Of a DNA stretch of 64,000 nucleotides, positions 50,930 through 60,242 are shown piece by piece. Both the position numbers and the translations under genes were made by a program. Numbering within the stretch: position 1 is the stretch's first letter; every line of letters begins with the position of its first letter. The stretch lies in NCBI GenBank assembly GCA_963768055.1, contig CAVYGN010000002.1:1536001-1600000 (forward strand), written 5' to 3'. The stretch is from an uncultured Spirochaetota bacterium (lineage in GTDB: Bacteria > Spirochaetota > Brevinematia > Brevinematales > JAOACQ01). The notes under the pieces are model-generated. The model was not told the DNA's origin, made no database searches, and saw nothing but the letters and a program-made list of their open reading frames with translations.

Positions 50930-51949
50930 TCATTTTAGCACCCAATTGAACAAGTAGCCGATAATAATTATTGTAACTATCATTATGCTTGTAAATACAG
51001 CTAAAAGTCTCGGCTTTAAAACTTTTCTTAAAATAATCATTTCGGGGAAGCTTATGGCCGTGATGGACATCATAAAAGCAAGAGCTGTCCCCATCGGTAT
51101 TCCAAGCCTTACCAGTTCGTTTACAATCGGTATGGTGCCTGCCGCGTTGGAATAAAGAGGAATACCGACAATGACAGCCACCAGGACAGCGAAAGGATTG
51201 TTTTTACCGACATATTGCGAAAGCCACCCGGTAGGAGCCCAACCATGCATGACGCCTCCTATGGCTATACCGATTAAGACAAAAGGCCAAATTTTATGCA
51301 AAATTTCAAGGACATAGTTTTTCGCTCCGAGTAATCTTTCCTTCCAATACAGCTTTTCCATTAAAGAATCATTCATTTTTATTTTATATACATATTCCTC
51401 TACATAACGTTCCATCTTCAAAACGCCGATAGTTAAACCTCCGACGATTGCTATAATAACCCCCGTCGCGATATAGAGAAGGGCTATCTTCCATCCGAAA
51501 AGCCCCCATAGCATTACAAGCGCCACTTCGTTCACCATAGGGGAAGATATTAAAAAGGAGAAGGTTATTCCAAGAGGGACGCCTGCTTCGAGAAATCCGA
51601 TGAAAACAGGAACCGCGGAACATGAGCAAAATGGAGTTACAATCCCTAAAAGCGCAGCCAGGATATTTCCGGGAAAACCTTTCGCTTTACCTTCACCAAG
51701 GAGTTTTTTAGTGCGCTCGGGCGGAAAATAACTTCTTATGATCGAAACTATGAAGATAATAACAGTCAGCATAAGAAATATTTTCATCGTATCATAAAAG
51801 AAGAAATTCACTGCCCCGCGGTAATGATCCGAATTAATGATACCTGTATCAATTCGGAATAATTCCATTAAAAACCTGAAAAAGGTTGTCAGCCAAACAC
51901 TGAAAATTGCCGCAAGTTTATTTAAAACCCAATTTATCCCTGAAAACAT
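50930..51949 (-). CDS. ArsP/DUF318-family permease
   Basis: TPFCSCSAVP, FLISSPMVNE, GIPLYSNAAG, GTALAFMMS...SFPE. Confidence 0.88.
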   Translation of the reverse strand: MFSGINWVLNKLAAIFSVWLTTFFRFLMELFRIDTGIINSDHYRGAVNFFFYDTMKIFLMLTVIIFIVSIIRSYFPPERTKKLLGEGKAKGFPGNILAALLGIVTPFCSCSAVPVFIGFLEAGVPLGITFSFLISSPMVNEVALVMLWGLFGWKIALLYIATGVIIAIVGGLTIGVLKMERYVEEYVYKIKMNDSLMEKLYWKERLLGAKNYVLEILHKIWPFVLIGIAIGGVMHGWAPTGWLSQYVGKNNPFAVLVAVIVGIPLYSNAAGTIPIVNELVRLGIPMGTALAFMMSITAISFPEMIILRKVLKPRLLAVFTSIMIVTIIIIGYLFNWVLK

Positions 51950-51979
51950 TGAATGGCCTCCAAATTAAACTCAATATCA

Positions 51980-52342
51980 CTAAACCTTCTGTCCAATATT
52001 GATAGCCACCTTTTCAATGACTTCAGGAGTAATTTCTGTTTTACCCTTTTCAACTCCAAATTCTGTGGTAATAAAGTGTTCGAAAGGAAGCCCCAACTTT
52101 TCAAAAATATTTTTCCCACATGAAACTGGACATCCGTCAATCACGACATTTTTTTCAGCACATCTGGCTGATTCTACAAAACCAGAAAGTTCAGCTCCCA
52201 TAGCCGCAAGGCAAGTCATTTTACCGATATCGTCTTTCATCATTTTCCTTGCTATAGCATCCGCCAGATATCCCGTATTAGCGGCGCCGGAACAAGCATA
52301 GATCAATTTAATTTCCTGGCTTCCGCAACAGCAATCTGTCAT
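51980..52342 (-). CDS. DGC-domain putative zinc-binding protein
   Basis: IYACSGAANTG, MTCLA, VIDGCPVSCG. Confidence 0.85.
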   Translation of the reverse strand: MTDCCCGSQEIKLIYACSGAANTGYLADAIARKMMKDDIGKMTCLAAMGAELSGFVESARCAEKNVVIDGCPVSCGKNIFEKLGLPFEHFITTEFGVEKGKTEITPEVIEKVAINIGQKV

Positions 52343-52343
52343 A

Positions 52344-52583
52344 TTATTTTACTCCTTTTAGAATATTTATGATCTGTTCTCTATTTAATACCCTTCCCGT
52401 GCTTTTGACAACACCGTCAACGGCAAGAGCAGGAGTCGACATCACACCATATTCCATAATTTTTCCAATATCAGTTACTTTTTCTATCTCCGCTTGGACT
52501 CCACTAGCCTTTATCGCTTCCTTAGCATTTGCTACCAGCTGTTTGCAATTCGGACAACCTGAACCTAAAATCTGAACCTTCAT
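52344..52583 (-). CDS. Small thioredoxin-like redox-active disulfide protein
   Basis: ILGSGCPNC, EKVTD, YGVMSTPALAVDG. Confidence 0.9.
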   Translation of the reverse strand: MKVQILGSGCPNCKQLVANAKEAIKASGVQAEIEKVTDIGKIMEYGVMSTPALAVDGVVKSTGRVLNREQIINILKGVK

Positions 52584-52745
52584 AAATCACCTCTTTGGAT
52601 TAAATTTTCTCTTAAAAAAAAGCAACCGAGATACATTTTTCAGAAAATTACCGCATCGACATTATGATATATGTCTAATTATAAAATCAAATATTTGCTT
52701 TGTCAAATAATTTATTTTATAATTTCTATTAAGAGGTTATGTAAA

Positions 52746-53087
52746 ATGCGAGAGTTAGTCGATCTGCTTAAAGTTCTGGCCGATGAAAGCCGTCTAAAAA
52801 TTATTTTTGCATTGGAAAAGAAACCGGCTTGTGTATGCGAATTGGCTTTTTTTTTAAAGTTGACACAAGCTACTATTTCAAGCCATCTAAAGCAGCTGCG
52901 TCAAGCAGGATTAGTCGATTATAAAAAAGACGGTAAATGGGTAGAATATTTCCTGTCTGATAATGATACATTCCGTACTATGATGACACAGTTGAAACTA
53001 TATATACCTGATAGGGACAAATTTGATTATGAAATGAATAGAATCGTCGATATAAATCGTGATAACCTGAAAAAATTATCAAAATAA
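52746..53087 (+). CDS. ArsR-family repressor
   Basis: KVLADESRLKI, ACVCEL, TQATISSHLKQLR, GKWVEY. Divergent from the arsP-like operon. Confidence 0.9.
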   Translation: MRELVDLLKVLADESRLKIIFALEKKPACVCELAFFLKLTQATISSHLKQLRQAGLVDYKKDGKWVEYFLSDNDTFRTMMTQLKLYIPDRDKFDYEMNRIVDINRDNLKKLSK

Positions 53088-53300
53088 TTTATCAGGATTT
53101 ATTTATGGCATCCTTTGAAAATATCAAACAAGTTTTGAAAAAACTGGACCTGTCCGAGAGAGCATGCTTAATCAAATCGACGAGCATTTCAGGGAATTGA
53201 TCCATAAAAAATCATTATTTGAGGTTCCATTGGCTCTATCAGAAAAAATATTTTATAGAATCAGAATCTTTTTTAAAATATATTTCCCATATTTTACATA

Positions 53301-53323
53301 GTATAGGATACCGGGTATACTAT
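53301..53323 (+). promoter_or_regulatory. Putative CsoR/RcnR operator
   Basis: ATAC-CGG-GTAT pseudo-palindrome with a G/C core directly upstream of the CsoR-like gene. Confidence 0.5.
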
Positions 53324-53339
53324 TCAAAGAGGTAATAAA

Positions 53340-53594
53340 ATGACAGAACGAAGAAAGGAGACTTTAAATCACATCAATAGAATTCAGGGGCAGCTTAAAA
53401 CGCTGGTTCGATACATTGAACAGGAAAAAGACTGTATTGATATTGCCATTCTGGCAACATCAATAGCTAAATCGATGGACTCATTAAGATTCAGAACTCT
53501 GGAAGGGTTTATCATAAACAATTTTATGGAAAACCCTAACGATGCTGAAAAAATAAAGGCGTTGAATGAATTGATTTCTCTATATAAAAAATAA
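53340..53594 (+). CDS. CsoR/RcnR/CstR-family sensor repressor
   Basis: INRIQGQL...IEQEKDCIDI. Confidence 0.85.
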   Translation: MTERRKETLNHINRIQGQLKTLVRYIEQEKDCIDIAILATSIAKSMDSLRFRTLEGFIINNFMENPNDAEKIKALNELISLYKK

Positions 53595-53609
53595 TCGGAG
53601 ACTTGATAA

Positions 53610-53999
53610 ATGAGTTTCCCACTGTCAATCCCGATCCTAATATTAATCGGAATAATTTCAGGCATCGTGACCGGTTTTTTCGGACTGGCGGGAGGCTTGA
53701 TAATCATCCCGGCCCTGGTTTACTTAGCCGGATTTTCACAGCAAACGGCCGTGGGGACGAACCTGTTTGTCCTTCTATTGCCTGTCAGTATAGCATCGGT
53801 TATGGAATACTATCGCAACGGACATGTGGACATTAAAGCCGGCATTATTATAGCGATCTCTCTCCTTATTTCCGCATGGATATGCTCGAAAATAGCTCTA
53901 AAGATCAATACCGCTTATTTAAAATTTGCGTTCGGTTTGTTCGTAATAGTCATGGGTGCTTATATTTCATGGACGTCTTTTATTAAATTATCAAAATGA
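53610..53999 (+). CDS. TauE/SafE (TSUP) family sulfite exporter, half-size
   Basis: GFFGLAGGLIIIPAL, QTAVGTNL, YYRNGHVD. Confidence 0.85.
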   Translation: MSFPLSIPILILIGIISGIVTGFFGLAGGLIIIPALVYLAGFSQQTAVGTNLFVLLLPVSIASVMEYYRNGHVDIKAGIIIAISLLISAWICSKIALKINTAYLKFAFGLFVIVMGAYISWTSFIKLSK

Positions 54000-54035
54000 A
54001 TCATATTAAGAACTAAAAATTTCAGGAGGTGTAAG

Positions 54036-55310
54036 ATGAATAAAAAAGGAATAATCGCCAGGATTTTTGCCGATGGCGGGATAATAGTGTTTTTTATCAT
54101 GGCTTTTGAATTTATGATAATGATAAGCCCTTTCGCTTTTTTCTTTTACTCCGTTTTCAATCCGTTTTTTAACTTCCTGGGCCAATACACTTCTACAAGA
54201 TGGCTGACCTCCTTCTTTTTGCCGCATATGATATTGCCGCCGACCGTTTTCCTGAAAACCATCCGCGTAGCCGGTTCCTTTCTGTTTATCCTGGGGCTGA
54301 TGTCTTTTGTAGTATGCGCGCTGCAGGTATATCTGGGAAAGATTTTCAAATGGGGTATAGCCGACAAGGGGATATATAAAATAATCAGGCATCCTCAATA
54401 CCTTTCACTCGCTTTATGGGGCATCGGCATGAGCATATTGTGGCCTCGATTCATCGTCCTTGCCACTTTGTCGATCATGTTCATTCTTTATTATTTCCTT
54501 GCAGTAGACGAGGAACGCCGGATGTTGAATCAATACGGCGACAGCTATAAAAAATATATGGAAAATACCGGCATGTTTTTTCCGATGTTTATCGATAGAT
54601 GGTTTAAACCTATTGATACGCTAATCCCGAATAAAATCCTGAAAAATATAACGATTCCTCTTTCGCTCATAATCATCGTCATGGTATCAGGCTTCGCCCT
54701 TTATAATATTACCTTGAATTCCCTTGAAATCAAATCAATGAGAAATTTCAGCCTGGTATCGATGCTTCCGGAAGACTCCGTATTGATGTCGACCGTTGCC
54801 GATGAACTGGAAAAAGACCATAGCCAGGGTAAGATAGATCAATTAGAAGAAAACAAGGTTTACCTCGGCTATCTAATGCCGGTCGATTTCATTATGCAGG
54901 GTATGATAGCAGATACCGAGGAAAACTTTCATCTGTACAAACAGCATCATACCGTTTCTTTGATTAATGACTGGATTTTACATCCTTTTCAGCATTTGAG
55001 GGCGTCGCCTGTATTAAACATGGCTCTGATGAACCACGTTGATCCGGCTGTCGCAAGGAGGCATCATTGCCCCCTCGGCATAAACGACCAGTCCCTTAAT
55101 TGCAACGACTGTCCATACAGAAGGGTGATCTTTACCGAAATTCAAATCAACGGTACAAATCATATCCAGGGGGAACAGTTATTGGCTTTCGATACGATTA
55201 AAATACCATCGTTTTATGCTGATATTGATACAAGGACCGGTAAAATAATAAACCTGAAAGCTGTGAAAAAATCCACGGCCTGGGAAAATGTTCCCACCCC
55301 TGCTTATTGA
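54036..55310 (+). CDS. ICMT/PEMT-family membrane methyltransferase-like protein with C-terminal Cys/His-rich domain
   Basis: GIYKIIRHPQY, EERRM..YG..Y..Y...TGMFFP; HHCP...CNDCP. Confidence 0.7.
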   Translation: MNKKGIIARIFADGGIIVFFIMAFEFMIMISPFAFFFYSVFNPFFNFLGQYTSTRWLTSFFLPHMILPPTVFLKTIRVAGSFLFILGLMSFVVCALQVYLGKIFKWGIADKGIYKIIRHPQYLSLALWGIGMSILWPRFIVLATLSIMFILYYFLAVDEERRMLNQYGDSYKKYMENTGMFFPMFIDRWFKPIDTLIPNKILKNITIPLSLIIIVMVSGFALYNITLNSLEIKSMRNFSLVSMLPEDSVLMSTVADELEKDHSQGKIDQLEENKVYLGYLMPVDFIMQGMIADTEENFHLYKQHHTVSLINDWILHPFQHLRASPVLNMALMNHVDPAVARRHHCPLGINDQSLNCNDCPYRRVIFTEIQINGTNHIQGEQLLAFDTIKIPSFYADIDTRTGKIINLKAVKKSTAWENVPTPAY

Positions 55311-55369
55311 TCAACCTTAAAGAAAGATTTGAATTGAATATTATAAACTTAAGTGCCTTGAATTATTAA

Positions 55370-55405
55370 CTTAGCGCTATTTTTCCCGAATTCTGCGTTC
55401 ACCCC
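55370..55405 (-). repeat. Tn3-type terminal IR
   Basis: Minus strand reads GGGGTGAACGCAGAATTCGGGAAAAATAGCGCTAAG; related to the IRs at 61711 and 61759. Confidence 0.75.
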
Positions 55406-55515
55406 TATTTGGGGTAACAACATCATAGCTGTAACCAGGGGCAAAGTAGCTTTCAATTAATCTACCGGATGATTTTTTTATGTTCCGTGAATTAAACATT
55501 CGGATTACCTTAATG

Positions 55516-56340
55516 GTTTCAATCCACGGGCCCGCGTGGGGCCCGACATCTGGGCGGCAATACCTCCGGTAAGGTAAACAGTTTCAATCCACGGGCCCGC
55601 GTGGGGCCCGACTTCTTTTCTTCGTTTTAGTCAATTTGGAGCCTGTAGTTTCAATCCACGGGCTCGCGTGGGGCCCGACTGATTATTTTGGCCTCTTGCC
55701 AATCAATTATTCAGGTTTCAATCCACGGGCTCGCGTGGGGCCCGACAGAACCTCTGACCAAGTGCTGTGCCGATTCCCCAGTTTCAATCCACGGGCTCGC
55801 GTGGGGCCCGACAGAACCTCTGACCAAGTGCTGTGCCGATTCCCCAGTTTCAATCCACGGGCTCGCGTGGGGCCCGACTTTAAAGGTGCTCCACATAATA
55901 CGCAGGATTCCGGTTTCAATCCACGGGCTCGCGTGGGGCCCGACTGAATAAGACGGTTATTCAGTGCAACAGTAATAGTTTCAATCCACGGGCTCGCGTG
56001 GGGCCCGACTCTTTAGCATCCATAAAAACACCTCCTTCTAAAATGTTTCAATCCACGGGCTCGCGTGGGGCCCGACCTTAGTCCGTTGGGATTCTGGATT
56101 GGCAATGTATTGTTTCAATCCACGGGCTCGCGTGGGGCCCGACATATTTTATTTGCGGAATCCGGTATAAATAACCGGTTTCAATCCACGGGCTCGCGTG
56201 GGGCCCGACTCAATACAGGATTATCAGCTGATCATAGGGGATGTTTCAATCCACGGGCTCGCGTGGGGCCCGACGTTGTACCAAATACGGGAGTTGCCGC
56301 TGAAGCCAGTTTCAATCCACGGGCTCGCGTGGGGCCCGAC
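55516..56340 (-). CRISPR. Type I-C CRISPR array 2: 13 repeats, 12 spacers (33-35 bp), possible degenerate terminal repeat near 55450
   Basis: 32-bp repeat GTCGGGCCCCACGCGAGCCCGTGGATTGAAAC (minus strand), from 55516 to 56309. Spacers 55747-55780 and 55813-55846 are identical. Confidence 0.97.
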
Positions 56341-56511
56341 TGTATCTCTATAAATTACTGATAGGATATCTAATTATAAATTCATTCCCGCGAACCGGCA
56401 ATCCAAGAACAAAATATAACCCCAGAGATACTGTTTATTTCAATAATTCACCACAGTTCTAACACCGCGATACTCCCGCTCTTATTATGTTTCCTATAGC
56501 TTCGCGGAAAC
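56341..56511 (-). promoter_or_regulatory. CRISPR leader 2
   Basis: AT-rich segment between cas2 and the array, with motifs shared with leader 1. Confidence 0.75.
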
Positions 56512-56799
56512 TCAAACCATCAATAATCCTTCCGGATCATAACTTTTTTTTGCCCCAATCTGTTCAACACGATTTTTCCAGTTTGCACCAAGGAAATAAA
56601 AACGAAGACTATCGAATTCCGGCTTAATTTCATCAATCAACTCTCGGCGTAATTTAGTCCACTGTGCAGGGTCTACCAGGCATTCAAATACAGAGTATTG
56701 TACACGCTGACCATGATTTTCACAGACTTTAGCTACATGCCTGAGTCTTTTCTTTCCGTGTTCATCCTCAGCTACATCGTAACTCACCAATACCATCAT
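56512..56799 (-). CDS. cas2: Cas2 (second copy)
   Basis: LVSYDV, GQRVQYSVFEC, DSLRFY. Confidence 0.96.
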   Translation of the reverse strand: MMVLVSYDVAEDEHGKKRLRHVAKVCENHGQRVQYSVFECLVDPAQWTKLRRELIDEIKPEFDSLRFYFLGANWKNRVEQIGAKKSYDPEGLLMV

Positions 56800-56805
56800 A
56801 ACCCG

Positions 56806-57837
56806 TTACCTCCATAAAAAAGGCGGATAACCGTCCAGATCGCCCCGGATATACCTGGCCAATAAAATTGCCTGGGTATGGAACAGCAGCCCGATATGCA
56901 TATCGTCATCCACAAACGGGTGATGAACCGCGTCCTGTTTTCGCTTCTGATAAGCTGCCAGAACTGTCTTTCTTGCAGAATTATTCATCAGCACAGCGCC
57001 GTTATCCAATACTTTAAATTGACCGGTCTCAATCTGCCTCAAATTGATAAGCGACAGTACCAGCCGGTCGGCAAAATAGGGCCTGAATTCTTCCATTAAA
57101 TCAAGGGCAAGCGAAAGCCTTCCAGGACGGTCGCGATGAAGAAATCCGACAGCAGGGTCCAGTCCGACACATTCCAGTGCAGATCTCATATCATGATAAA
57201 GAAGGGTATAGATAAAAGACAATAAAGCATTCACACGGTCCAGCGGCGGACGGCGGGAACGCTCGTGAAAGATAAAATCAGTCTTTTGTGCTACAATCAG
57301 TTCATTAAAAACACTGAAATAACGCCGGGCTGCGTCCCCTTCGATACCGCGCAGAATTTCCGGGTCACTGCTATTTTTTGCATGATCCATGGAACGTTCC
57401 AGCTCATTTACAGCATTCCGTAAAGTATCTTCATTGATTTTCCCGCTGTGATCGCGGAGGGCCCGTTGAAGGACCGTACGGCAATTAGAGATTTTCCCAA
57501 TGACAATATTGCGGACAATCGCGGAGCAATTTACCGGATCGTCAGTAATGCGGTATTGTGAACGCCGCAGAAGAACATTTCCGGAAACCGGGCCCTGTAC
57601 CCTAGCCAAAAATTTACCGTATTCTGATAGAAAGCTTATGCTTACACCGCATTTTGCGCACTGTCCAAGGAGAAAAGGGCTAATACCGATATTACCGAAA
57701 CAGACAATACCGGAAAGGTTGATTAGTGGAAGCTGGAGCTTGGTTTCTTTGCCCAATTTTACCACCAATGTTTCACCCTGCTTTTTCAGATACATCTTTT
57801 GTGTTGTTACAAACAGTGTATTCAGAAGCCTTTTCAT
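56806..57837 (-). CDS. cas1: Type I-C Cas1 (second copy)
   Basis: Same motifs and 343-aa length as the first Cas1. Confidence 0.97.
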   Translation of the reverse strand: MKRLLNTLFVTTQKMYLKKQGETLVVKLGKETKLQLPLINLSGIVCFGNIGISPFLLGQCAKCGVSISFLSEYGKFLARVQGPVSGNVLLRRSQYRITDDPVNCSAIVRNIVIGKISNCRTVLQRALRDHSGKINEDTLRNAVNELERSMDHAKNSSDPEILRGIEGDAARRYFSVFNELIVAQKTDFIFHERSRRPPLDRVNALLSFIYTLLYHDMRSALECVGLDPAVGFLHRDRPGRLSLALDLMEEFRPYFADRLVLSLINLRQIETGQFKVLDNGAVLMNNSARKTVLAAYQKRKQDAVHHPFVDDDMHIGLLFHTQAILLARYIRGDLDGYPPFLWR

Positions 57838-57838
57838 T

Positions 57839-58483
57839 CTAAACCCCCGGTCCTTCGGTTATTTCGGATTGGATCATCCGGTCCATATACCGGCCCACCT
57901 CTTTCTTCTTTCCCAATACTTCCGGCATACATTGTTCCTTCAATGAACAGGATTCACAACGTTTGGTATAAACGGGGGGCGGAGTTTTCCCACTTTCAAG
58001 CATTGTCCGTGTTTCGCGGATTACATTCTGAGTCAGTTTCCGCAAGGCTTCATCTAAGACAACACGCAACCTTTTTTTAATGCGGAAATAGTAGATAAAA
58101 CCCTCTTCAACTTTGCTGTGCAGCATTTCCTCTATACATAGGGCTTGCGCGCAAAGTTGAACGGTGTCCATGTCTTTCAGCTTAGGTTTTCCACGCTTGT
58201 ACTCCAGAGGAATAAATAGCCCTTCCGGCATCTCCATAACACAGTCTGCCTGACCTGTAATTCCCAATTCCAGCGACCGAAGCGGCATACCGAAAATTCT
58301 GCGGCAATCGGGCCTGGTCTCTACAGCGTTATGATGCGCTCTTTGATGTAAGCATCTTCCTTCTGCTGTTAGAGCATTTTCTAACCACTCGCCTTCAATA
58401 TGAATGAGTGCACATCGTCGGGGACAAAAAATATAATGAACAAGTGCAGAAATCATAATTAAATCCGATTCTATATAGGCCAT
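57839..58483 (-). CDS. cas4: Cas4 (second copy)
   Basis: ISALVHYIFCPRRCAL, LEYKRG, QLCAQALC, CESCS...C. Confidence 0.95.
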   Translation of the reverse strand: MAYIESDLIMISALVHYIFCPRRCALIHIEGEWLENALTAEGRCLHQRAHHNAVETRPDCRRIFGMPLRSLELGITGQADCVMEMPEGLFIPLEYKRGKPKLKDMDTVQLCAQALCIEEMLHSKVEEGFIYYFRIKKRLRVVLDEALRKLTQNVIRETRTMLESGKTPPPVYTKRCESCSLKEQCMPEVLGKKKEVGRYMDRMIQSEITEGPGV

Positions 58484-58537
58484 ATATTGATCCCTCTTAT
58501 TCCAAAAATTTCATTCCATTTTTGTTGGAATCAAATG

Positions 58538-58821
58538 TTATACTATACTTAGTCCAGTTTTTTTCAGCATTTCATTATCAAGTATCCCTACCATAAACCC
58601 GATAAAACTATCATATTTATAATCCCATTTATATAAACCTGGTTTTTGCGAAAATTCTTGAATTCCTAATTCTTTAAGACGATATCCCCAAATCTGCACA
58701 GAGCCATTCTGAATATCTCTCCAATCAATAGATACATAATTTTCTATTTTTATGATGAGTGTTTTATCAACAACAACAATATAAGTATCATTACTAATCA
58801 CCTTAAATTCTTTTTCTACTT
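58538..58821 (-). pseudogene. cas3: 3' remnant of cas3, cut off at a Tn3-type IR
   Basis: VEKEFKVISNDTYIVVV...WRDIQNGSVQIW...YKWDYKYDSFIG aligns loosely with the intact Cas3 tail (VANSYRLIETPTEGLFI...WEKIQPYMVQVY...KIWYGNYNRETG). Abuts the IR at 58822. Confidence 0.6.
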
Positions 58822-58859
58822 GAGGTCAGCTCACGAAACGGAAATTTAACCACGCTAAG
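58822..58859 (+). repeat. Tn3-type 38-bp IR
   Basis: GAGGTCAGCTCACGAAACGGAAATTTAACCACGCTAAG; shares CTCACGAAACGGAAA with the IRs at 42898 and 43902. Confidence 0.75.
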
Positions 58860-58950
58860 AATATGAAATATTATAACTGATTGAGATATTAAAAGTGGAT
58901 AATTCATTCACCAAATAATGTTAAAGATCCCACACAGATCCGGCCCAGTT

Positions 58951-59114
58951 GGGGTACTATCGGCATTTCCGACAAAAGTACCGCTAAGCCTGTTTTCTCA
59001 CAAAATTTTCTGAATTTTGTAGCGCTAAGCAATATTTCCAAGATTTAAAGGCCTCAAATCGTCGGCTTCGGTTTCTTTTTGAACATTGAAGTTGTAATCT
59101 CCGAGAAAATTAAT
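58951..59114. mobile_element. 164-bp remnant of the 19412-24242 transposon end (IR plus tnpA 3' tip)
   Basis: Identical 38-bp IR, then near-identity to 19412-19575 with about 5 substitutions. Confidence 0.93.
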
Positions 59115-59214
59115 GGCAGATTTCCCCGGCTGTCCAGGACGATGGGTCGCCGCCACGAAGGAGACGGCAAAGGTAATCAATCATCTGCACCTGCGGCCCT
59201 TCGGGCACAAGCAC

Positions 59215-60231
59215 TCAAGGGCGCACAACCCGGAAGCTGAAATCGTTGATACTGTCAGACGGGAATTGGTTGCCGCGAAAGGTAAGACTGGCTTCAGACG
59301 CATCGTTACCGTTGCCGTAACTGCTACCGCGTATGACGCGGGAAAAGCCCGAAGCCCATGCCTGCCCGCTAAAGCCGGTAGGATCGATAAGCGAACCCGT
59401 ATACGGAAAAGTTCCAAACATCGTAGTCGAATCCCACGCATCCCAGCACCATTGCCATACATTCTCGCTCATGTCGTAAAGGCCGAGTTCGTTGGGAAGC
59501 AATAACCCGACACCTTCCGCTGATGAGTGTGAGGCCGGAGGACCCCAGGCGTAACTATTGATATAGGTATAAGCGTTTCCCGGTTCTTGACTACCCGCAT
59601 AGCCCTTGGAGTAGCCGTTCATGTTCGTCCCCCCGACAATATCGCCGGCCCGGGTGTCGTTGGTCGCCCCCATCGCCGCCCACATATATTCCAACTCCGT
59701 AGGCAGGCGGTATCCGTTTGCCGACCAGTTTACCTGAACCGCATCCCATGTAGCATTATCCGACGTCGGTATTGTACCCCAGACGGAAGGAGACATGCTG
59801 CCGTTAATGGTATATACCGGGGTCAGGCCTTCTGCTATACTAAGATCGTTGCAGAACACAAGTGCCTCGTACCATGTAACATTTTCAACCGGGTGATTGT
59901 ACACGGAAGAATCATGGCTTGGGTCCGTAATCCCTGTTACATTTTGGAATTCTGTGCCGGTGATATCGTTTTTGCTCATATGAAAAGCCGCCGATATAGT
60001 ACAAACGTCGCCCGCCGTTCCGTCATACTGAAAGGCGCCGGCGGGAACATAGATCAATGTTCCGATATTCGGAGATGTATAATTGGTCGCTGTTGAAGGT
60101 TCACTGGAAGATGACGAAGTACTACTGCTTGAACTACCGAATGTGTTTCCAAGATCGGGCGGCTCTATGAGGGCGCAGGAAACTACAACGGCAGTTAAAA
60201 ATATGGCCGATAATAAAACATATTTTTTCAT
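59215..60231 (-). CDS. FGE-sulfatase (C-type-lectin fold) lipoprotein with Ser-rich linker
   Basis: Lipobox VVVS-C, HPVENVTWYEA, GYRLPTELEY, PNELGLYDMSENVWQWCWD, RVIRGSSY...SFRVVRP. Confidence 0.88.
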   Translation of the reverse strand: MKKYVLLSAIFLTAVVVSCALIEPPDLGNTFGSSSSSTSSSSSEPSTATNYTSPNIGTLIYVPAGAFQYDGTAGDVCTISAAFHMSKNDITGTEFQNVTGITDPSHDSSVYNHPVENVTWYEALVFCNDLSIAEGLTPVYTINGSMSPSVWGTIPTSDNATWDAVQVNWSANGYRLPTELEYMWAAMGATNDTRAGDIVGGTNMNGYSKGYAGSQEPGNAYTYINSYAWGPPASHSSAEGVGLLLPNELGLYDMSENVWQWCWDAWDSTTMFGTFPYTGSLIDPTGFSGQAWASGFSRVIRGSSYGNGNDASEASLTFRGNQFPSDSINDFSFRVVRP

Positions 60232-60242
60232 GCATTTTCCTC

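Noticed and set aside
55636..56361. Several repetitive ORFs
   Set aside because: They are translations of CRISPR array 2.
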